Part shown: piece after piece, positions 58,495 through 64,000 of the stretch
How the letters are laid out: the number at the start of each line of letters is the position of its first letter
Position numbering within the stretch: the first letter of the stretch is position 1
Virus record (IMG/VR): IMGVR_UViG_3300005201_000352
Length of the DNA stretch: 64,000 bases
Strand: one strand, 5' to 3'
Source of the DNA: an uncultured virus (IMG/VR IMGVR_UViG_3300005201_000352)
Taxonomy: Duplodnaviria; Heunggongvirae; Uroviricota; Caudoviricetes
The notes under the pieces: generated by a model
The model's input: only the letters and a program-made list of their open reading frames with translations
Databases searched by the model: none
Told to the model about the DNA's origin: nothing
Made by a program: the position numbers and the translations under genes

Positions 58495-58899
58495 TTACCA
58501 AGCAACTCCGGGAGTGAAACCATTATCGGAATTGTGGTTGCTGTTTGAATTCCCATTTGAATTACCGCCATTGGAATTCCCGTTGCCTAAAAGCTGTACG
58601 CTGTTGGCGTTAATCACTACCTTTGACCTGTTCTGCCCGTCCTGTTGCCAGTGGTCTTGCCTTAATTCTCCGCTGATTGCCACCTGCTTGCCTTTTACAA
58701 GGTACTGGTGAAGAGTTTCAGCCTGTTTGCCGAACAGGGTAATGTCAAAAAAGTTTGCCACATCCTCCCACCCGTCGCCCTGTTTCTTTCGATAATTTAC
58801 GGCTATTGAAAAATTGCTAACCGCAAATCCGCTTGACGTTGTTTTCAATTCAGCGTCTCTTGTCAATCTTCCTACCAAAACTACACAGTTGGTATCCAT
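58495..58899 (-). CDS. ssb: Single-stranded DNA-binding protein
   Basis: VVLVGRLTRDAEL, FSIAVN, YLVKGKQVAISGEL. Confidence 0.95.
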   Translation of the reverse strand: MDTNCVVLVGRLTRDAELKTTSSGFAVSNFSIAVNYRKKQGDGWEDVANFFDITLFGKQAETLHQYLVKGKQVAISGELRQDHWQQDGQNRSKVVINANSVQLLGNGNSNGGNSNGNSNSNHNSDNGFTPGVAW

Positions 58900-58909
58900 T
58901 CTTTTCCTC

Positions 58910-60004
58910 CTAAAATATTTCTATTTCTCCGCTTTTCGCGGTATTGCCCTTGTTTTCATTCCACGGAATGTCATCAATGAATTCAGCTGTTTCCTTCGTA
59001 GTATTGGTTTCTTCCGGGACAGTCGTAGTCTTTACAGAGGGGGCAGTCGCCGGGGCATCCCCGAAAGGGATCGGCTTATTCTCCGCCTCTCTTTTTGCCA
59101 GATCGTTTTTCAGCCTTAAATACTGGTTTTTAAGCACTTGCAAATTTGCCGCTCCGCTTGCAATGGCTTTTTCCTTTTCTTTTTCGCTGTCGGTAAAATA
59201 AGGGTAATGATCGGGGTTCGCTGTAAAGAGAATGGCTTTAATCGCGCCTAAAAGAGACTGCTGGTCATTCGGTATATTTTCAGTCTTTTTAGTTTCCGGG
59301 GTTACGTTTCTTTCGTGGGGTGTATTTCCGTCAGGTTCGCTATGATCATCCCCGTTGCCATTAGGTCCAAGATCGTCTAAATCCTGCGTGAAAATATCGC
59401 TTGCCGCAGTTGCGGTGATTGTCGCGTCCACGTAAGCGCGTTTCTTGCTTATTTTAAGCACTGTGTTATAGCAGTCGGCAATGTCGGTATTTTCTATTTT
59501 TCCTACTTTCTGTTCGGTTATAGCTGGATCATCTTCGTCAAATTTAGCACCGCAACCGCCTTTTTTCCCGTAACAAATCCACCCGCCGCCGTATTCCTTT
59601 TTTCCGGCAATGATTGTTTCCATGCCGCATTTCGGGCATTTTCTGCCCGCGTTTCTCCACCGGTATTTGCTTTCCATTGTGGAAGCTGAACCAACACCCT
59701 CGGCAATCTTATTTCCCGATTCAATGTGGAATACCTTGCAATGAGTAAGTACCTCCCTGTGTCCGTTTGGCAGTTCTTTTATTTCCTGCGTAAAATCGGG
59801 GCGTAGGCGGAACATGAACATTAGTTTATCCGCTCCGGGCTTTAGCAGATTCTTTTTTTCATCACCCGGAAAACTTTTACCGTAATGTGTTCCTTCCTGC
59901 ATTAAATCGCGCATGAGGCTTTGAACCTTAGTCACTTGGGATTTTACTTCGACTACCGATAATTCGCGCTGGTTTTCAATAACCGCAACCTCATTTTCAC
60001 TCAT
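58910..60004 (-). CDS. Putative single-strand annealing/recombination protein
   Basis: Between the gp157-like and ssb genes; LLKPGADKL, NTVLKISKKRAYVDA, FTQDLDD, acidic DDIPW tail. Confidence 0.55.
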   Translation of the reverse strand: MSENEVAVIENQRELSVVEVKSQVTKVQSLMRDLMQEGTHYGKSFPGDEKKNLLKPGADKLMFMFRLRPDFTQEIKELPNGHREVLTHCKVFHIESGNKIAEGVGSASTMESKYRWRNAGRKCPKCGMETIIAGKKEYGGGWICYGKKGGCGAKFDEDDPAITEQKVGKIENTDIADCYNTVLKISKKRAYVDATITATAASDIFTQDLDDLGPNGNGDDHSEPDGNTPHERNVTPETKKTENIPNDQQSLLGAIKAILFTANPDHYPYFTDSEKEKEKAIASGAANLQVLKNQYLRLKNDLAKREAENKPIPFGDAPATAPSVKTTTVPEETNTTKETAEFIDDIPWNENKGNTAKSGEIEIF

Positions 60005-60511
60005 AGTTTCTCTCCTTCTCTTTATTTTCAGTTGCTAGACAGTTGTTTTTGTTTTAGTTTTGCTCTTTTTAGCTTTCATAAATCTTCCCCCTCGCTTTTT
60101 ATTTTTTCTGCTCCCATAAAATTGATATTAGTTTTACCACCTGTCAAAAGCTCTCCAGTTAATAATTCGTATGCCCGATCCGATACCTCAACAATTTCTG
60201 TGTAGTAATAGTCCTTATATACATCAACACCGCATTGACCGTACCCATGTAAAATAAAACGTATCTTTTTCATTCTTCCCCCTCCGGCATTTCAAAGTAT
60301 TCAAACGGCACATTGCAAAACATAAGCATTGCGTTGTTTTGGAAGTGAATGTAAAGCACGTTGTCAGTGCCGATTGTTATGTTTTCGATGATTGATGTAA
60401 TAGCAAAGGTTTCTCTAACATAAGAAAAATCATCGCCGGTTTCAAATACCCTGCTTCCTTCAATCGGACAATAGACGATTGCGCTTTTTTTCTTTTTCAT
60501 ATTCTCCTCCA

Positions 60512-61147
60512 TTACCTTATATAAAGAGCCTCTCCGCCTAAATACGTGACACCTGTTAATTCATGTTCGCCGTTTTGATCACGGTAGAACAGTTTCCCCT
60601 TAACAAGCTGATCTTCATCTGAGTTCTTTTCATACAGCCTGCCGTTTTCTATCGCTTCTTTTATTTTGGATTTATTTATATCTCTTGTGAGATATTCAAC
60701 CGGAATATTGTCAGGATTGAAAAAGCCTTTTACTGTGTCTAAACTTTTCTGTGTTGCTTGCCAGTTTGCAGTGAACAGGTCAGTTTTTATTGTTTTCTTT
60801 CCTACTTTTTCCATGAGATAGGCAAGCAAGCCCTTAACTCTGTTCGCTTCGTTTTCCCTTGCCTTCGCTCTTTTTTGCAGCCTGTCCATTTCCGCTTTCA
60901 TCGCGCTTTTTTCCGCTTCGGCGATCTCGGCTTGAAGTTTCAGGTTTTTGAAAACCTTACAGATACCGTCCATTTTGTCTTTAATGTCATGACCAATCTT
61001 GTCGATCTGTTCAGATATAAAAGATTTTTCGTCTTCGGTTAATTCTCTGGTCTCGCCAGTGTCAGGATCGGTCAATTCGTTGATCAAGGACACCAGCGCG
61101 TCCCATTCGCCGCCTAACTGGTAGGCGGTCATTCGTTTTTCAGCCAT
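60512..61147 (-). CDS. Siphovirus Gp157-family protein
   Basis: AEMDRLQKRAKAREN, KTIKTDLFT, INKSKIKEAI. Confidence 0.85.
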   Translation of the reverse strand: MAEKRMTAYQLGGEWDALVSLINELTDPDTGETRELTEDEKSFISEQIDKIGHDIKDKMDGICKVFKNLKLQAEIAEAEKSAMKAEMDRLQKRAKARENEANRVKGLLAYLMEKVGKKTIKTDLFTANWQATQKSLDTVKGFFNPDNIPVEYLTRDINKSKIKEAIENGRLYEKNSDEDQLVKGKLFYRDQNGEHELTGVTYLGGEALYIR

Positions 61148-61841
61148 TTTGCACCTCCTTCACCTCAGCTTCTATGCACCCTTTTAGTCTTGTCAGTGAA
61201 TCTTCCCCGTTGTTTCCTATCGACTCATCATAAAAAGCGGCGCACACAAACATTTTTTCCATGCAAGGGTGATATTGATAAGGGTTAGAGTATTTTTTGC
61301 AAAAGCGGCAATATTTACAATTGCCTTCATGATTTATTTCAACTATAACTTTCATTTTACCTCCGCTATTATTTGTTCTAATAAACTTGATCGCGTTTCT
61401 CTCAACGAGCCGTTAATTTGATCAATGCGCTCTAAAATTTCTTTAAACAACCTGTTCGTTTTTTCTATTTCTTTTTCCAGTTCACTCATTTTTCAATCCT
61501 CTCTATTGCCAGCGTTTCAATTTCTTCAACCGCCTTATCGGTTAATACTTCAATGATTGATTCTCCGCAGTGGAGAATATCAATGTCATCAATAGTCGCA
61601 CCTTCGCCGGGATAACCGGGATCGCCGTTTCTCATGTGCATCTTTCCTTCGTATCCCGGCTGATAATCGCCTGTAACCGTGAGATCAACGCCGTTGTAAT
61701 TAACTGTCGCTGTCATTTTCAACCTCCTTCACTTCCATAAACGCAAGCGGACACCTGTTCAGCCAGACCATAAGCTCAAACCTTATGCCGTCTTTTTCGT
61801 CTTTTTCTGTTACCAAATCTCTAAGCAACATATCAGCCTCC

Positions 61842-62168
61842 TTAAAGCCTTGTATTCATGCCGGTCGCCAGAGTAAAAAACTCTTGCAGTTGGTCAAACA
61901 TTAAATCTTTATGTTCCTTTACAACTTCGTTTTTGCCGCCAGTGATTTTTCCGGTGTTGATGTTTATTTTTTCCGTTGTAACATACCTAAATTCCATGTC
62001 GTAAAGATCAAGTCCGTTCAGCGTTACCGACAGGTAGTTTGCCTTTGATCTGTTTCTGCCAATTCTCATGCTCAAAGAGTTTTTTCCGCCTAATAAGTTT
62101 TTTGCGCCTGTCATCGCTATAAACTTGTTGCCGCCTAACTGGTCTAAAATTGTTTGCGCTATTGTCAT
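61842..62168 (-). CDS. Conserved phage hypothetical protein
   Basis: AQTILDQLGGNKFIAMTGAK...DLYDMEF...FTLATG. Confidence 0.65.
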   Translation of the reverse strand: MTIAQTILDQLGGNKFIAMTGAKNLLGGKNSLSMRIGRNRSKANYLSVTLNGLDLYDMEFRYVTTEKININTGKITGGKNEVVKEHKDLMFDQLQEFFTLATGMNTRL

Positions 62169-62179
62169 TTTGATCCTCC

Positions 62180-62920
62180 TTATACTGTGGCGAACCTCGC
62201 CATTGCGTTTTGCATAATACAGTGAGCTTCAAACATTCCGCGCACCTTAAAACCTGCCGGTATAAATCCGCTTCTTGCCATAAGATCACTCAGCCTGTTC
62301 AATCTTTCTTCATGCTCTAATTCTTTTGTCAGCTTTTTGTTCTCCTCGACCAGTGGATAGAGGATATTTACCTCAGCCATTATCTTCCGCTCTTCCGCTG
62401 TTATCGGTCTCGCTACATAGACTTCTTTCATCGGCTTGGTCTTGTTAAGCCATTTCTGGTCAAAGATTTTCTCAAGCGGAACGAGATCAAACTTTTTGGT
62501 TGCAAAAAAGTCTTCGATTTCAATTTGTTTGTGTTTTTGCTGTTTCTCCACATAAACCTTAACTGCGTTGTCAACAATTCCAGATGCTTCTTTGATTACC
62601 TTGCGAATCTGTTTGATGTTCTCGTCAATGTTTTGCAGGGGTTTCTCATAAGCTTTTTTCAATATCGCGTACTGGTCTGCGATATTCTTTTCTGCCTTGT
62701 TTAATTCTGCCCTGTCTTTTTTTGCGACATCCTCAAGCGGGACATAATTCGGCTCAAGGTATTTGCGGTACGCATCATCTGCGTCTTGCATACTTGCCTG
62801 AATAGACCTTACAGCGTCCTTATGTGCAACCACTACACGCTGAAAGGTATTCTCCAAGTCCTTCTCGCTGATTTCGCTGATTTCTAGATCGGCGATAACC
62901 ATTGGTACTGCTTCATTCAT
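62180..62920 (-). CDS. DUF1351-like protein
   Basis: AKKDRAELNK...KKAYEKP...KIFDQKWLNKT. Confidence 0.7.
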   Translation of the reverse strand: MNEAVPMVIADLEISEISEKDLENTFQRVVVAHKDAVRSIQASMQDADDAYRKYLEPNYVPLEDVAKKDRAELNKAEKNIADQYAILKKAYEKPLQNIDENIKQIRKVIKEASGIVDNAVKVYVEKQQKHKQIEIEDFFATKKFDLVPLEKIFDQKWLNKTKPMKEVYVARPITAEERKIMAEVNILYPLVEENKKLTKELEHEERLNRLSDLMARSGFIPAGFKVRGMFEAHCIMQNAMARFATV

Positions 62921-63057
62921 CTTTCTTCTCCTCCTTTTTCTTTGGTTTAATACGACATTTCATACACTCGGCATACGGACAAATAGTCCACGGTGTATGG
63001 GTTTGGGGACATTCTAAACTCTGACACAATATGCCTGTATTTATCATTTTAATTTCC

Positions 63058-63583
63058 TCAACCATTTTGCACCTCCTTTGGCGGAAATAACCGCCTGCCG
63101 CATGATGGGCAGTATTTATAATTTTCCCAATCTGGNNNNNNNNNNNNNNNNNNNNNNNNNNNNNNNNNNNNNNNNNNNNNNNNNNNNNNNNNNNNNNNNN
63201 NNNNNNNNNNNNNNNNNNNNNNNNNNNNNNNNNNNNNNNNNNNNNNNNNNNNNNNNNNNNNNNNNNNNNNNNNNNNNNNNNNNNNNNNNNAATCCTTCAC
63301 AAAATCTGTACTCGATCCGGCAGTGAGGGCAGTTCACGCTATCATAATGATCTATGTCATCTAACCACCATCTTTCCGGCTCGGTAAAATCGCGCTCCCA
63401 TTTTTCGTTGAGAGCTTGAGTTACAAACCGGAATAATTCAGTTTCTATAAAACCGGCTTCTTTACGCGGTATAGATTTGTTATGATTAATCACGTTAACC
63501 CATATCATCTGTCCTAAATGTACGGCTCCAAACTTACTGCAAGTAAATGGCGGCTTTAATAATTTTTTAAGGGTTTTTGTCAT
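63058..63583 (-). CDS. Paralogue of 50679-51038 (spans an N gap)
   Basis: LKPPFTC..FGAV.LG..IWVNVINH, FVTQALNEKWERDF, YCPSCGRRL. Confidence 0.7.
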
Positions 63584-64000
63584 TTTAAGCCGCCTTATCT
63601 TCATCAAGCCGCAGAGTAACAGCATCATAAACCTCAATGATTCTTTCATACTTGATAAGATGTGTTGATGTCTGTATCGCGGCGAAAAGATTTTTATAGT
63701 AGTTGTATCCGCGCTCTATATTGAGTAACCAGTTTTTCTTTCCGCGTTCGGAATTAAGATAATCGATTACTTTCTGTACCCGCTTTTCTAAAATGTTCAT
63801 AAATTCTCCACACTTACAGCAAAATCAGAAGCCGCTTTTGAAATCTCGTATAGCCGGTTGTATTCTTCCTCTGCCGCTTTACACACAGGAAGGCGTAACG
63901 GATAGTCATCTTGTTCTGGCACTAAAAGAATTTTTCCAAACGCAGAACATCTAACTTCAATATTCCTCTCATCATGCGGATATTTGTATTGCATACAGAT

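Larger units (their letters stand above)
1421..64000. mobile_element. Prophage (siphovirus-like), incomplete on the right
   Basis: Co-oriented lysis, tail, capsid, portal, terminase, replication and recombination modules starting at a tRNA fragment; no sheath gene recognised. Confidence 0.93.

Overview
Left end of a tailed (siphovirus-like) prophage, probably in a Treponema-like spirochaete (inferred from the BMP lipoprotein and the spirochaete-type MurE and CapA). It begins at a 3'-half tRNA-Val(TAC) att remnant (1421-1464) and runs past the right edge; its integrase is not in the window. Nearly all genes are on the minus strand: recombination/replication/methylase genes (64-46 kb), ParB-terminase-portal-head (46-36 kb), capsid/tail (24.7-9 kb), an unusual glycosyltransferase/Mur ligase/CapA block, lysis genes and a tRNA-Met. 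The main finding is an 11.7-kb integrase-bearing satellite (24672-36421), bounded by a perfect 15-bp direct repeat and inserted in the helper's prohead protease-scaffold gene, which precise excision would restore in frame. The satellite has its own TerS/TerL and seems to mimic the helper three ways: a TerL tail matching the helper TerL tail (DDxARGFFHGR), a truncated helper-type TerS look-alike, and a ~72% identical copy of a small unannotated helper gene upstream of the head-operon terminator. Two fully overlapping spanin-like ORFs share one SD. Four N gaps show a scaffolded assembly. All family calls are by-eye motif recognition; no searches were run.
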